This document shows positions 35,343 to 45,484 of a DNA stretch of 63,067 nt, one piece after another. Below the pieces are notes generated by a model, which was not told the DNA's origin, did not search any database, and saw nothing but the letters and a program-made list of their open reading frames with translations. The first letter of the stretch is position 1. Each line of letters begins with the position of its first letter. The position numbers and the translations under genes were made by a program. The stretch comes from a virus (lineage: Duplodnaviria; Caudoviricetes): positions 1 to 63,067 of IMG/VR virus record IMGVR_UViG_3300017963_000288. One strand, written 5' to 3'.

Positions 35343-36028
35343 AAGCCACCGATGCAGCTTGGCAACGAGAATATGATCGCCTAATGCGTGACCCATATCT
35401 CGCCAGAAAATACGACCGTGAGCGGCGGCTGCGGGAACATTTGCATTATCTCCAGCGATATGCAAAGGAAGTATTCGCCAAACCGCTCCCCAGTACACGC
35501 ATTGTCGATGTGGGGTGTGGTGCTGGGGAAACGCTTGAATGGGCTCGCGTTTTTGGATGGAACGCCGTTGGTGTCGAGGCTCCGAGTGGCGAGGGTGGCA
35601 TGGGCGAGGGTTATTGGCGGCTATCACAACTATTGCATGAGCGACAAAAACTAACCGTGCTCTATTGTGGCTGGAGAAATTACATCAAAAAGGAGTGCCA
35701 CGCGGCCGCCTTCTTCAACTTCCGTGGGTCGTGGGCACAGAGCTACGCGGACTTTCTCGACGGCCCACCACACCACGTCCACCACGATTGCCACCGTCAA
35801 GCGTGGCGATGGGGTGTTGAACTACAAGAGGCATGGCGGTTGGCGTTTGATTACATGGCATCCGTGCTGGTTCCTGGTGGGCATATCTTGATTGCCGCAA
35901 ACGACACCGGGGGTTCCACTTGTCGGGCACGATATAATAAAGAAATGCAAACCTCCGCCACCGCCGCAGGGCTGAAACTGGTGCGGGAGGAAAACAAAGG
36001 GCTATTGTTGAAATGGGTAAAGCCTTGA
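35324..36028 (+). CDS. class I SAM-dependent methyltransferase
   Basis: IVDVGCGAG; LVPGGHILI. Confidence 0.8.
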   Translation: MSTPSLKATDAAWQREYDRLMRDPYLARKYDRERRLREHLHYLQRYAKEVFAKPLPSTRIVDVGCGAGETLEWARVFGWNAVGVEAPSGEGGMGEGYWRLSQLLHERQKLTVLYCGWRNYIKKECHAAAFFNFRGSWAQSYADFLDGPPHHVHHDCHRQAWRWGVELQEAWRLAFDYMASVLVPGGHILIAANDTGGSTCRARYNKEMQTSATAAGLKLVREENKGLLLKWVKP

Positions 36029-36032
36029 AATC

Positions 36033-36638
36033 ATGGTTGTACGACGGAGATTGACGATGGGTAAGCGATCTGAACCAGGACTTGTTGCCAATGGGCGCGG
36101 GATTTTTGTTCACAATCCACGGGCGGCCGGATCATCGCTTGCCGCCGCTCTCGGCTGTTGGGATTCGCACGACACCGCGTGGGAACTCCGCAAGCGATAT
36201 GGCTTTTCACGATGGTCTAAGGCGTTCACGTTCGGCATCGTCCGTCATCCGTGGATTCGTGCCGTTTCCTGGTTTGTCTGGAATCACGGTTGCGCGTCGC
36301 CTCGTGACTTTCGCGAGTGGGTGGCCACAGGATGTCCGGAGTCATGGAACCACTTCAATTGGACGGGGCGGCCGATCAATCCATTGTGTCAGGTTCAACA
36401 CTTCGCCGCCGAGGGGGGCATCATCGTCGATCACATTGCTCGGTTCGAGTCATTAGATGATGAAATTGAAACGATCTGCGGCGTATTAGACATCCCATTG
36501 GTCACGCTGCCCCACATCGGTGCGGCGACATCGACTGTTTGGCAAGAGTTCTACGATGACCGGAGTCGCGATGCAATTGCCAGATTGGACCGTTGGGCGA
36601 TCAAGAAGTTTGGCTACGAGTTCGAGGAACCAAGGTGA
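36033..36638 (+). CDS. sulfotransferase family 2 protein
   Basis: IFVHNPRAAGSS, VRHPWIRAVSW, RFESL, KKFGYEF. Confidence 0.8.
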   Translation: MVVRRRLTMGKRSEPGLVANGRGIFVHNPRAAGSSLAAALGCWDSHDTAWELRKRYGFSRWSKAFTFGIVRHPWIRAVSWFVWNHGCASPRDFREWVATGCPESWNHFNWTGRPINPLCQVQHFAAEGGIIVDHIARFESLDDEIETICGVLDIPLVTLPHIGAATSTVWQEFYDDRSRDAIARLDRWAIKKFGYEFEEPR

Positions 36639-37390
36639 TGAAAGTATCTGTCTTGATGCCAGTATACAATCACACCGCATATCTGCGGCGAGCAATTGAG
36701 TCGATTGCGAATCAAACCTACGAGAATGTCGAACTTCTTATATGGGACGATGGCTCGACTGAGGATGTATATGGGGTAGTTCGTTCCTGTAAATCCGCCC
36801 CAATTGGTTATTGGCGCAGTAATGAGAACTTAGGATTGACGGTCTGTCTCAATAAACTGCTTGACCGTGCGACGGGTGACTTTTTTGCTCGCCAGGATTC
36901 CGATGACTGGAGCGACCCGTCGCGCATTGCAGAACAAGTTAAGTTATGGCAACCTGGAGTCGGGCTAGTTACGACTTATGCTTGGGCGGTTGATTCTCAT
37001 AACCGAAGAATGGCGAACACCTACCTTGATGACATCGCACAACCGAAACACCTGAATGACCTCCACCGGCATAACGTACTTGTGGACGCCACGGCACTTA
37101 TACCCCGTGATGTGTTTGCGAGGATCGGATATTACGACGAACGGTTATACATCGGCCAATCCTACAATTATCACATGAGGATCGCGAGGGCCGGTTATAC
37201 TATTCGCGTTGTCCCTCACGCTTTGTATTGCGTCCGTAAACACCCACTTCAAGTGCGCCACCGCAAGCGCGGCCAATTGACGCTGGACGGTGAACGGTGT
37301 AACGCTGCGTGCCGTAAATGGGCGAAAATGAATACGATCATTACGTTACCTCTACACCGACAATACCGTGCGTCTGAAAGGACCAACTGA
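36638..37390 (+). CDS. GT2 glycosyltransferase
   Basis: VSVLMPVYN, DDGSTE, ARQDSDD. Confidence 0.92.
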   Translation: MKVSVLMPVYNHTAYLRRAIESIANQTYENVELLIWDDGSTEDVYGVVRSCKSAPIGYWRSNENLGLTVCLNKLLDRATGDFFARQDSDDWSDPSRIAEQVKLWQPGVGLVTTYAWAVDSHNRRMANTYLDDIAQPKHLNDLHRHNVLVDATALIPRDVFARIGYYDERLYIGQSYNYHMRIARAGYTIRVVPHALYCVRKHPLQVRHRKRGQLTLDGERCNAACRKWAKMNTIITLPLHRQYRASERTN

Positions 37391-38220
37391 TGCTTACACT
37401 GATTGCGAGGTATTGGAATGAGGTCGATTGGTTGGAAGCCAGTTTACGGCAGGTCGAACTATGGAATGCGGACAAGATTTTTCTTTGTGAGGGGTGTTGG
37501 GATGCGTCCAAACCATGCCACTCGACCGACGACACACTATGGCGTCTATACGAATGGGCGGAGCACTACGAACGCCAACGGCGAGATTCATGGGGTGTTG
37601 CCATCGTCAACGTCTGCCGTGACTTCTCCAACCCGCGCCACAATCAAGCGGCCACATCCCAGTGGTGTATGGACGCAGCCCAATGTCGGCCCGGCGACTG
37701 GATCGTTATCGTGGACGCAGATTTATTCCTGCCGGAAAGCGCAATCAGAATGATGCGCCACGACATCGCAAACAACCCACCATGGGCACGGTACGAAATC
37801 TCAATTCACCATTTCTGCACACCCTCCCTGGAACGGGCACAACTTGGCGTCAATCGCCAGCCACTCGTCCCATACAAGGTTCTGCCGGGAGCGACGTGGA
37901 TTCCGACCAACCATCTGGCGTTGGACGGCAACCAATACGAATTGATACCAGATCGCGTTCCAACGCGACGGCTCCTTGACTGCTGCGCGAATGGTCTTTG
38001 CGCATGCCACTACGAGATGCAACATGATGCGAGCCGCCTGACATCGCGATATAGTATCGGCGACCGCAAAACTCCAGACGAGGCGGGACGGTTGGCTTCT
38101 ATGACTCCTTTTTCATGTACCCACCCAAAATACGTCATAAACGCCACCACGCCACTCGATCACCACCTAGCGAAGGATGTCACCAATGGGCGAACATCGC
38201 CATGCGAAGATTGTTCGTGA
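37390..38220 (+). CDS. GT-A glycosyltransferase-like protein
   Basis: NE..WL, STDDT, GDWIVIVDAD. Confidence 0.7.
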   Translation: MLTLIARYWNEVDWLEASLRQVELWNADKIFLCEGCWDASKPCHSTDDTLWRLYEWAEHYERQRRDSWGVAIVNVCRDFSNPRHNQAATSQWCMDAAQCRPGDWIVIVDADLFLPESAIRMMRHDIANNPPWARYEISIHHFCTPSLERAQLGVNRQPLVPYKVLPGATWIPTNHLALDGNQYELIPDRVPTRRLLDCCANGLCACHYEMQHDASRLTSRYSIGDRKTPDEAGRLASMTPFSCTHPKYVINATTPLDHHLAKDVTNGRTSPCEDCS

Positions 38221-38773
38221 GTTACTGCGTAACCGTCTTGAACGCGGGCGATGCGCCGAAATCGGTGTCTGGTCGGGCCGGACGGCAGACATCCTACTCG
38301 GCAGCCTTCAATCGTTGAAGACATATTACGCAATCGACCCTTATCTCGCATATCCCGATTACTTATCACAGGCACACGATAATCTCGGCGAGTGCCCACA
38401 AGCGTACTTGAATGATATGTATCGCCGAACGTGGTCACGGCTGACTCGCAAATATGGCAAGCGACTTATTTTTCTAAGGCACGAAACGTCTGTCGTGTCT
38501 GGGGCTACCATGATCCCGCGAGAATCGCTAGACCTTGTGTTTATAGACGGCAATCATTCACCGCCTTACGTCGAGTTTGATGTCACCGCCGCCGAGTTAT
38601 GGGTGCGGCAAGGCGGTATAATATGTGGACATGATTGGGGTCGCGTTCATCGCACGGTTCGTTTGGCACTCAAACAATTGGGTTATTCTGACATCGACGA
38701 TCACAAGCACAATACGTGGTGGGTCGAAAAGGTGAGGTCAGCTTCATGCCACGCAACAAGCAATCAATCGTAG
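38177..38773 (+). CDS. Methyltransf_24-like SAM methyltransferase
   Basis: AEIGVWSG, DLVFIDGNHS, GGIICGHDW. Confidence 0.85.
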   Translation: MSPMGEHRHAKIVRELLRNRLERGRCAEIGVWSGRTADILLGSLQSLKTYYAIDPYLAYPDYLSQAHDNLGECPQAYLNDMYRRTWSRLTRKYGKRLIFLRHETSVVSGATMIPRESLDLVFIDGNHSPPYVEFDVTAAELWVRQGGIICGHDWGRVHRTVRLALKQLGYSDIDDHKHNTWWVEKVRSASCHATSNQS

Positions 38774-39477
38774 AACGGGTAACGCAAGGGTTCGGCGACG
38801 TTATCGGTGAGTTTGAATCCCGCGTGTTGCCTATCCCATTTCTACCAAGGGGTATCTTGACGTCCGAGGCGTTTGCCGTCTGTGCTGCCGCTCGGTTGTT
38901 GGGGGTGTCGGCGATAATTGAAACAGGTGTCTACGAGGGGCGATCCTCGTTATTCTGGCGGCGATGGTTCAATCCGGCGTGGAGTATCGACAACTCATGG
39001 CGGGCAGATTGCACGGAGCGCATCAAGAATACACATATCACAATGATAGACGGTTATGCCGAACACGAACTTGTGCCCTTGGTTGCGTCGGTCGGCAACG
39101 TGTGTGTGTTTATTGACGGCCCAAAAGGTCAATCGGCGATTGATCTTGCCCAGCGTTGTCTTTCACACCGAAATGTGGCGTTTGTCGCAATCCACGATAT
39201 GCACCGTGACGAAGTGACCGGCGATACTCTAAATGAGGCTCGCCTCGCTCTTGCGGCGACACCACTTTGGCCCACGTGGTTTACGGATAACCAACAATTC
39301 GTAGATCACTTTGCGTACCTGGACTACGACTATATCGGCAGACTGGATGAACATCAAAACCTACGTTGGTTCCCCGGTTGCTACCGCAATGCCGATGGTT
39401 TGCGAGTCCGGCATCTCGGCAGTTATGGGCCGACAGTTGGTTTTTTGTTTCATGACGAATGGGGAACAGACGAATGA
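38746..39477 (+). CDS. methyltransferase-like protein
   Basis: IETGVYEGRS, FIDGPKG, VAIHD; paralog of 46141-46833. Confidence 0.65.
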   Translation: MPRNKQSIVERVTQGFGDVIGEFESRVLPIPFLPRGILTSEAFAVCAAARLLGVSAIIETGVYEGRSSLFWRRWFNPAWSIDNSWRADCTERIKNTHITMIDGYAEHELVPLVASVGNVCVFIDGPKGQSAIDLAQRCLSHRNVAFVAIHDMHRDEVTGDTLNEARLALAATPLWPTWFTDNQQFVDHFAYLDYDYIGRLDEHQNLRWFPGCYRNADGLRVRHLGSYGPTVGFLFHDEWGTDE

Positions 39478-40676
39478 CTGCGCGAACGGCCAGTATCCTG
39501 AAAGACAACCTGGACCTACTGATGATTTCACAGGGCGAACGTGCGTGGCCACTTGGTTGTGTTGATATAGTCAATTACGCTCGCTGCCTCGGATGGAACG
39601 CACTCGCCGTAAGGATTGAAACTGCGGCGAGCCTATGGCTCCTACAAATATCACCGCCTCGGATAATCGGCTTGAGTCTCGACACGTCGCAAGCGGGCGC
39701 TGCGGAGGATATCGTCAGGGAGATTCGCCAATTATGGCCCGGCGCAAAACTTGTTTTCGGTGGTCGCCACATTCAACGAGAAACGCTGGACGAGCCGCTG
39801 ATGCAACTGGCCGACCATCTCGTCGTCGGCGCTGGTGAATATCCGATCCTCGACCTTTTGATGGGTGAATCCGACGAACGGTGCTTGTATGGCAAACCAT
39901 TCGAGATGGCAGATTACGCGACCTTACCCATGCCGTCTGAAAGACAACATAAAGACGCCTTGGGTGGAACGGCACATGTCATGTTCAGCCGAGGATGTCC
40001 CTTTCGCTGTTTCTTCTGTGAAGATAGTCGCCATTCTGTCGTGCGTAAACACCCATCTGTTGCCGTTGACTACATCCGCCAAGTTGTCGGGTGGTCAAAA
40101 TCACGAAGGGTATTCGTTTATGATGACGTACTCACAGCCGACAAGCCATGGCTTCATTCGTTCGCGGATCGAATGTCTACGTTTTCGGATGGTATTGAAC
40201 TTGAAGTATTCGCGCACGCGGCCACACTAACCGAGGAAAAACTTTCCTGGTTGCGGCAGGCTGGCGTAGTGCGGGTGAATGTCGGCGCGGAGTCCGGCGA
40301 CGATCATGTGTTGGCGACGAACCGCAAAGGCGTTACTGTAGCCAAATTGCGAGAAATCCACAGGCTGTTTAGTGGTGGCGGATCACCACAACTGCATTGC
40401 ACATGGTTGCTTGGGTTAGCTGGAGACACGAGGGATAGCATGCGGGCAACAATTTCGTTGGCGAATGAAATTGGGACAGACGATAATCCATGGTTCGGGT
40501 TTGCTGTTCCATACCCCGGCACGGAGTTTTATCGCAGCGCCGCTGATTATGGTATGATCCGCACAGATGTTCCTTATCACCGCTGGACGAACGAGGAGCC
40601 GGTGTTTATTCCGCACGGACTCGTGGAGCGCGACTTGCGAGAAGCGATGTCACTCGCTAGGTCATCTGTATTCTAA
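39474..40676 (+). CDS. B12-binding radical SAM protein
   Basis: GGRH...VGAGE; SRGCPFRCFFC; GAESG; PYPGT. Confidence 0.9.
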   Translation: MTARTASILKDNLDLLMISQGERAWPLGCVDIVNYARCLGWNALAVRIETAASLWLLQISPPRIIGLSLDTSQAGAAEDIVREIRQLWPGAKLVFGGRHIQRETLDEPLMQLADHLVVGAGEYPILDLLMGESDERCLYGKPFEMADYATLPMPSERQHKDALGGTAHVMFSRGCPFRCFFCEDSRHSVVRKHPSVAVDYIRQVVGWSKSRRVFVYDDVLTADKPWLHSFADRMSTFSDGIELEVFAHAATLTEEKLSWLRQAGVVRVNVGAESGDDHVLATNRKGVTVAKLREIHRLFSGGGSPQLHCTWLLGLAGDTRDSMRATISLANEIGTDDNPWFGFAVPYPGTEFYRSAADYGMIRTDVPYHRWTNEEPVFIPHGLVERDLREAMSLARSSVF

Positions 40677-40690
40677 ACAGGGATGGCAAT

Positions 40691-41566
40691 ATGCCATACA
40701 ACGAAGACCCCAAGTGGCAGAGAGTTACACACAGTTATCCTTGTCCTATCTGTAAGAAGCCCGACTGGTGTTGCGTGCGTGGCGATGGCAAAGCTGCCTA
40801 TTGCATGCGGGTAGAGAGCGGACAACCTGTAACGACTGGTGGTTGGGTACACGATCTCACCACACCACTGGCGGCGTCGGATCGACCACCGCCACAACCA
40901 AAAAAAGAGCGGCTGCCAGACCGGGAACTAAACAAACGATTCGCACCATTAGCTCACAATCTCCACCGCCACAACACGAAAGCCGTCGAGCGATTGGCGG
41001 ATCAATTGGGGGTTGCGCGCTGGGCATTGGATGTTATCGGAGTTGGCTATGGAAATGTGGGCGGTTGGTGTTGGACGTTCCCAGAGCGCAATCACCATGG
41101 TCAAGTTATCGGGATCAATCGGCGGTTTCCCAATGGGAAAAAGTTTGCCGTCAAACATTCCGGGCGAGGACTGACGTACTGTGATGATTGGCAAAGTTAT
41201 GCCGGGCCGATCTTCGTCGTAGAGGGCGGGACGGATGTTGCGGCGTGTCTAACATTAGGACTATGCACAATCGGGCGACTGTCTTGTTCTGGTGGGATAA
41301 AATATCTCACACCGATGCTATCACCAATGCGGGATCGACGCATACTCATTATGGGTGAACGCGACGCCAAAGCGGACGGCAGGTGGCCCGGCAAACAAGG
41401 AGCAAAATCAATATGGGCGTCACTGCGTAAGTCACTTCGTCGCCACATAGAATGGCACTTGCCACCGGACAACGCAAAAGATATGAGGGATTGGTTGAAC
41501 TCGCAGAAACTCGATGTTAATGATCGCGACGCCTGTTTCGCTATCGGCAGACAGTTGTTTAGATAA
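40691..41566 (+). CDS. zinc-finger/TOPRIM DNA primase-like protein
   Basis: CPICKKPDWC...YCMR; VVEGGTD; KDMRDW. Confidence 0.8.
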   Translation: MPYNEDPKWQRVTHSYPCPICKKPDWCCVRGDGKAAYCMRVESGQPVTTGGWVHDLTTPLAASDRPPPQPKKERLPDRELNKRFAPLAHNLHRHNTKAVERLADQLGVARWALDVIGVGYGNVGGWCWTFPERNHHGQVIGINRRFPNGKKFAVKHSGRGLTYCDDWQSYAGPIFVVEGGTDVAACLTLGLCTIGRLSCSGGIKYLTPMLSPMRDRRILIMGERDAKADGRWPGKQGAKSIWASLRKSLRRHIEWHLPPDNAKDMRDWLNSQKLDVNDRDACFAIGRQLFR

Positions 41567-41603
41567 CCACGGGGCATACTCATTTGCATGAAAGGTTTGA
41601 ATT

Positions 41604-41984
41604 ATGTCACGCGACACACTTGTGGTGGAAGCTTTGAGGGACGTGCGAACGACGATTCAAGGTCTGGAGCGACAACTTACAAGTGCGACCGGCACATTGG
41701 CTCGCTGGTTGTACCTTATCAGCGCATTCACTTCCACAAGACGTTCACCGCAGGCGTGGGCGGCGCTGATCGGTATTGAAATTATTGAGCCGGATGGTTG
41801 GCATCAGGATGACAAACAACTGGATATACCAATATCGTTTTCGGAGTTTTTCTTGCGAACCACCAACTCAACAATCAGGATATTGACAGACCAGCGTGGC
41901 GTGTTTGTGTACACGGACGTAGACCCAACAGCATATGACTTCTTCGTGGACGAAGGGGTGACAACGGATTCACCAGCAGTATAA
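41604..41984 (+). CDS. hypothetical protein
   Basis: Co-oriented ORF with AAAGG upstream. Confidence 0.55.
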   Translation: MSRDTLVVEALRDVRTTIQGLERQLTSATGTLARWLYLISAFTSTRRSPQAWAALIGIEIIEPDGWHQDDKQLDIPISFSEFFLRTTNSTIRILTDQRGVFVYTDVDPTAYDFFVDEGVTTDSPAV

Positions 41985-42081
41985 CAGTATGGTGCGACGG
42001 GAAGGATATACCTTCACGATTGGATGTAGGCAATCACCATTTTTAGTCAACGCAAACCTATTGTGTAGAGGATGGCCAATC

Positions 42082-42846
42082 ATGACCGGACGACCGAATA
42101 GTCGATTTTTGTCTACGCGGGACTTTCAGAATCAACACTTCCTGGCGACCGCCAATGCTATCAGTATGTTCTATGCACACAAGATGCGCGGCAAGCGTCA
42201 TACCTCGCATGCCAAACGGCCGGATGATGTGAAGATTCACTGGAGCCGTGAGTGGGAATATCCGTGGGCGTGTGATGTGGCCGATCTTGACAATCTCGAC
42301 GCGGACAGTTCGTTGCTTGACGTTGGGTGCGGCGGTTCCCCACTATTGCCATATATCCAACGCCGTCACCATACAAAACGGTTTCGTGTGTGGGGGCTGG
42401 ACGCAGACCTGTTTTCCGAAACGTGGAACGCACCGGAAGCGCACAAGTATCCGCATGATGAGTATTGTACGCTCCGTCACTTCTGGATTCCGCCGCAATT
42501 ATTTCTTGACGACGTACCCAATTACGTCACCGGCAGCATGCTGGCCCTACCGTTTCGCGACGGGTGGTTTGATCGCGTATTCTGTATATCGGTTCTCGAA
42601 CATCTCGACCAAGAAGAAATGAACCAATCGTTGCGGGAAGTTCGCCGCGTCCTTAGACCTGGAGGGTTGTTTATTGTCACTGTCGATGTGGGCGGCGACC
42701 ATTGCCGCCAGATCGCTCCATTGGAGTTTTTGACAGCCGCCGCCTTGCCGTTATATGGGGAGGCTGATTTTACGCTGCCACCGAGCGGCGACGTGAACGG
42801 CGAGTATAATGTCTTGGGTATCGTCTTTCACAAACCGGAGAAGTGA
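42082..42846 (+). CDS. Methyltransf_11-like SAM methyltransferase
   Basis: REWEYPW, LDVGCGG, LPFRDGWFD..FCISVLEH, RVLRPGG. Confidence 0.9.
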   Translation: MTGRPNSRFLSTRDFQNQHFLATANAISMFYAHKMRGKRHTSHAKRPDDVKIHWSREWEYPWACDVADLDNLDADSSLLDVGCGGSPLLPYIQRRHHTKRFRVWGLDADLFSETWNAPEAHKYPHDEYCTLRHFWIPPQLFLDDVPNYVTGSMLALPFRDGWFDRVFCISVLEHLDQEEMNQSLREVRRVLRPGGLFIVTVDVGGDHCRQIAPLEFLTAAALPLYGEADFTLPPSGDVNGEYNVLGIVFHKPEK

Positions 42847-43661
42847 CTGTGGTACAATTTATAACAGCCGTATCCGGCGAGCGATACGAGCCACTAGCGT
42901 CCGTATTGCTCCAAAGTATTCGTGAACACCACCCATGTGCACCCGTCATTGTTGTCTACAACAACGTGTCGGCAGAGTGGATCGCTGGCGTAGAACAACG
43001 GATGCCACGAGCGATTTTGTTGCGAGACACGATGACATTACCCCGTGACCCAATCGACCGTATCCCACTCAAGTTGCGAGCATGGCGTATCGCATGTTTT
43101 GCCATGCACAAGGAACACGACGCGATCTTCTTGGATGCAGACATGGCACTCGTTCGCAATATACAATGGGATGGCAGCGAGCGTTCATGGGATATTGGGT
43201 TCACCTACAAAACGCATGCCTGTGAAGGACTGAAGTGGCCCCTCAACACAGGCATAATTATTTCACGATTACCCTCCGTCGCCACTCAGCGGTTCCTTCG
43301 CCATTGGCTTACGCGGGTGAACCAGAAATTGTATTCCTTGTCATTACGAAAACAGGCCATAAGTTTGTGGGGCGCAGCGGACCAAGCCGCACTCGGCGAC
43401 ATACTAGGTACGCGGCTGCGATCTAATTATGAGTCAATTATTTCGTATCGTGGAATGAGGTTCCATGGGTTTCCGTGCTATATTTTGAATCAAACAATAT
43501 GTGAACCAATCAACGAAGAAACTCAGATAATCCATTACAAGGGGTCGTGGCATCCAATCCTTTTGAGTGGCGGAGACTGGAGCCCTGGACGACCGAAGGA
43601 AGGTTGTTATGAGCAATATCAACTTTGGTTGAATTATCGTAGCCATTGGCAGGAAGGTTAA
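42843..43661 (+). CDS. nucleotide-diphospho-sugar transferase (GT8/GT77-like)
   Basis: FLDAD, LNTGII, DQAAL, IIHYKG. Confidence 0.8.
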   Translation: MTVVQFITAVSGERYEPLASVLLQSIREHHPCAPVIVVYNNVSAEWIAGVEQRMPRAILLRDTMTLPRDPIDRIPLKLRAWRIACFAMHKEHDAIFLDADMALVRNIQWDGSERSWDIGFTYKTHACEGLKWPLNTGIIISRLPSVATQRFLRHWLTRVNQKLYSLSLRKQAISLWGAADQAALGDILGTRLRSNYESIISYRGMRFHGFPCYILNQTICEPINEETQIIHYKGSWHPILLSGGDWSPGRPKEGCYEQYQLWLNYRSHWQEG

Positions 43662-43663
43662 GT

Positions 43664-44446
43664 ATGACGATCAGTGGAACAAAAGAGTGGAGCGTCAAGA
43701 GTGTCAATTGTCATAACGGATGTAAGTACAAGTGTCGTTATTGCTACGCCCGTGCCGAAGCAATGCGATACAAGCGGATCACCAATCCGGACGAGTGGGG
43801 CAACGAGTATTGTTCGCTCCGCAGTCGTGATGTGCGACGGAGGCACCACAATTACGGGGGCACGGTCATGTTTCCAACCACGCATGACATCTGGCCGGAA
43901 ATCATAGAACCATGCCTTACGGTTATTGGCAATCTGCTCGACGCCGGTAATATGGTTTTGGTTGTTTCTAAGCCCAACCGGCAATGCGTCGAGGCTATGT
44001 GCCAGGAGTTCGACAGTTACCATAACAGTATCCTTTTTCGCTTCACAATTGGAGCGACAGACAATGACCTGTTGCGTTATTGGGAACCTAACGCTCCGAA
44101 CTTCGACGAGCGGCTTGATTGCTTGAAGTACGCGGCCTCGCTGGATTACAGGACGAGCGTGAGTGCCGAGCCGCTTCTTGATGTCGAGAATGTCGCGGCA
44201 TTGTGGGATGCGGTAGCTCCGTTCGCAACCGATTCTATCTGGATCGGCAAGATGAATCGCGTCAGGCAAAGGGTTTTGCCGGGCACGTCCGAGGAAGCGA
44301 TTGAAGCAATCGAGCGGGGGCAGACGGACGAGGCGGTGCAAGCGGTCTACGAGCAGTTTCGCGATCACCCGCTTGCAAGATGGAAGGAGAGCTACAAGGC
44401 GGTCCTTGGGCTTACGTTAGCAATCAAACCGGGGGAGGATAAATAA
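43664..44446 (+). CDS. radical SAM protein (SPL/DUF5131-like)
   Basis: GCKYKCRYCYA (CxxxCxxC); WEPNAP..ERL; TSVSAEP. Confidence 0.8.
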   Translation: MTISGTKEWSVKSVNCHNGCKYKCRYCYARAEAMRYKRITNPDEWGNEYCSLRSRDVRRRHHNYGGTVMFPTTHDIWPEIIEPCLTVIGNLLDAGNMVLVVSKPNRQCVEAMCQEFDSYHNSILFRFTIGATDNDLLRYWEPNAPNFDERLDCLKYAASLDYRTSVSAEPLLDVENVAALWDAVAPFATDSIWIGKMNRVRQRVLPGTSEEAIEAIERGQTDEAVQAVYEQFRDHPLARWKESYKAVLGLTLAIKPGEDK

Positions 44447-44710
44447 ATGAGTTTGCATGAAACTGTTGAGTGCGATGCGCTAGCACCGCTGATTAACGCT
44501 ATCGCGAGCGCACTTGCAAATCACCACGGCGAGAACGCGAAGGACTACTGGGAATGTTTCACAGATGGAATTGTGTTTGGCGATCTTATGCAACGGTCTT
44601 ACGAGCGCGGTGGACTCGTTACTGTGACTGAGTTTGTCGTGCAGACCGTCAAGGACCTCAATTCTGGCACGTCCAGCTTGCCGTCACGAAGACCGTTTCG
44701 CTGCAATTAA
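44447..44710 (+). CDS. hypothetical protein, paralog of 45205-45468
   Basis: HGE...F.DG...SSL.SRRP shared. Confidence 0.65.
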   Translation: MSLHETVECDALAPLINAIASALANHHGENAKDYWECFTDGIVFGDLMQRSYERGGLVTVTEFVVQTVKDLNSGTSSLPSRRPFRCN

Positions 44711-44732
44711 CACAAGCAAAGAGGCATCTAAT

Positions 44733-45023
44733 ATGGTACCGTGTTCGTTCCCAGAATCAAACGGCGTGCTCGACCCACCGGAGGGCGTGACGCTTGATGA
44801 TTGCGGCGTTCTGTCTGTGTGCTTTACGCATTTCGACGATGAGAAGCGAACGCCTGTAACCATCGCGTGCTGGAAGCTGACGGCTGGTGAGCTGGAAACC
44901 TTGAAGAAGACCGGCCGAATCTGGGTGGGCGGTCGCGGTCACACAATGCAGCCGCTTTTCCTTACTGCGGACAATCCCTTTCAGGAGGACGGACAATGCC
45001 AGCAACCCACAGCATCTTCTTGA
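44733..45023 (+). CDS. hypothetical phage protein
   Basis: CWKLTAGELE..KKTGRIW..P pattern. Confidence 0.6.
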   Translation: MVPCSFPESNGVLDPPEGVTLDDCGVLSVCFTHFDDEKRTPVTIACWKLTAGELETLKKTGRIWVGGRGHTMQPLFLTADNPFQEDGQCQQPTASS

Positions 45024-45205
45024 TCGGTTGCGTGAACGGAGGCACGTCCGAAGAAGCTATCGTGGCGATTGAACGAGTGCAGACGGATGAAGTGGTTCAT
45101 CGAGTCTACTCGCAATTCCGTGACCAACCGCTGGTACGATGGAAAGATAGTTACAAACAAGTATTGGGGATACAATTGGCTACACAACCTGGGGGGGATC
45201 AGTAA
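44996..45205 (+). pseudogene. chimeric ORF at a tandem-duplication junction
   Basis: N-terminus matches the 45485 gene start (SIFL.GCVNGGTS); C-terminus matches the end of the 43664-44446 radical SAM. Confidence 0.7.
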
Positions 45206-45468
45206 TGTTGATTCCAAAGAAACACATAAAGTGGTATTCGCGTCTCCTTACGATCTTCGGGACGGCGATGGCGGATTATCATGGCGAGGATCGCGAAACA
45301 TACGGCAAAGCCTTTATGGATGGGGCCGCGACCGCAGAATCTATATTGGCACTCTTAGCTCGTTCGGGCAGCATCGCGACAGTTGAAGCCTTCGTTGCCA
45401 AAAAAATCGAGGAATTACAATCTGGTGTGTCATCCTTGAAGTCACGGCGGCCGTATAAAGAGAACTGA
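45205..45468 (+). CDS. hypothetical protein, paralog of 44447-44710
   Basis: Shared motifs; TAATG coupling. Confidence 0.65.
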   Translation: MLIPKKHIKWYSRLLTIFGTAMADYHGEDRETYGKAFMDGAATAESILALLARSGSIATVEAFVAKKIEELQSGVSSLKSRRPYKEN

Positions 45469-45484
45469 TTGAACGGAGGGCAAT

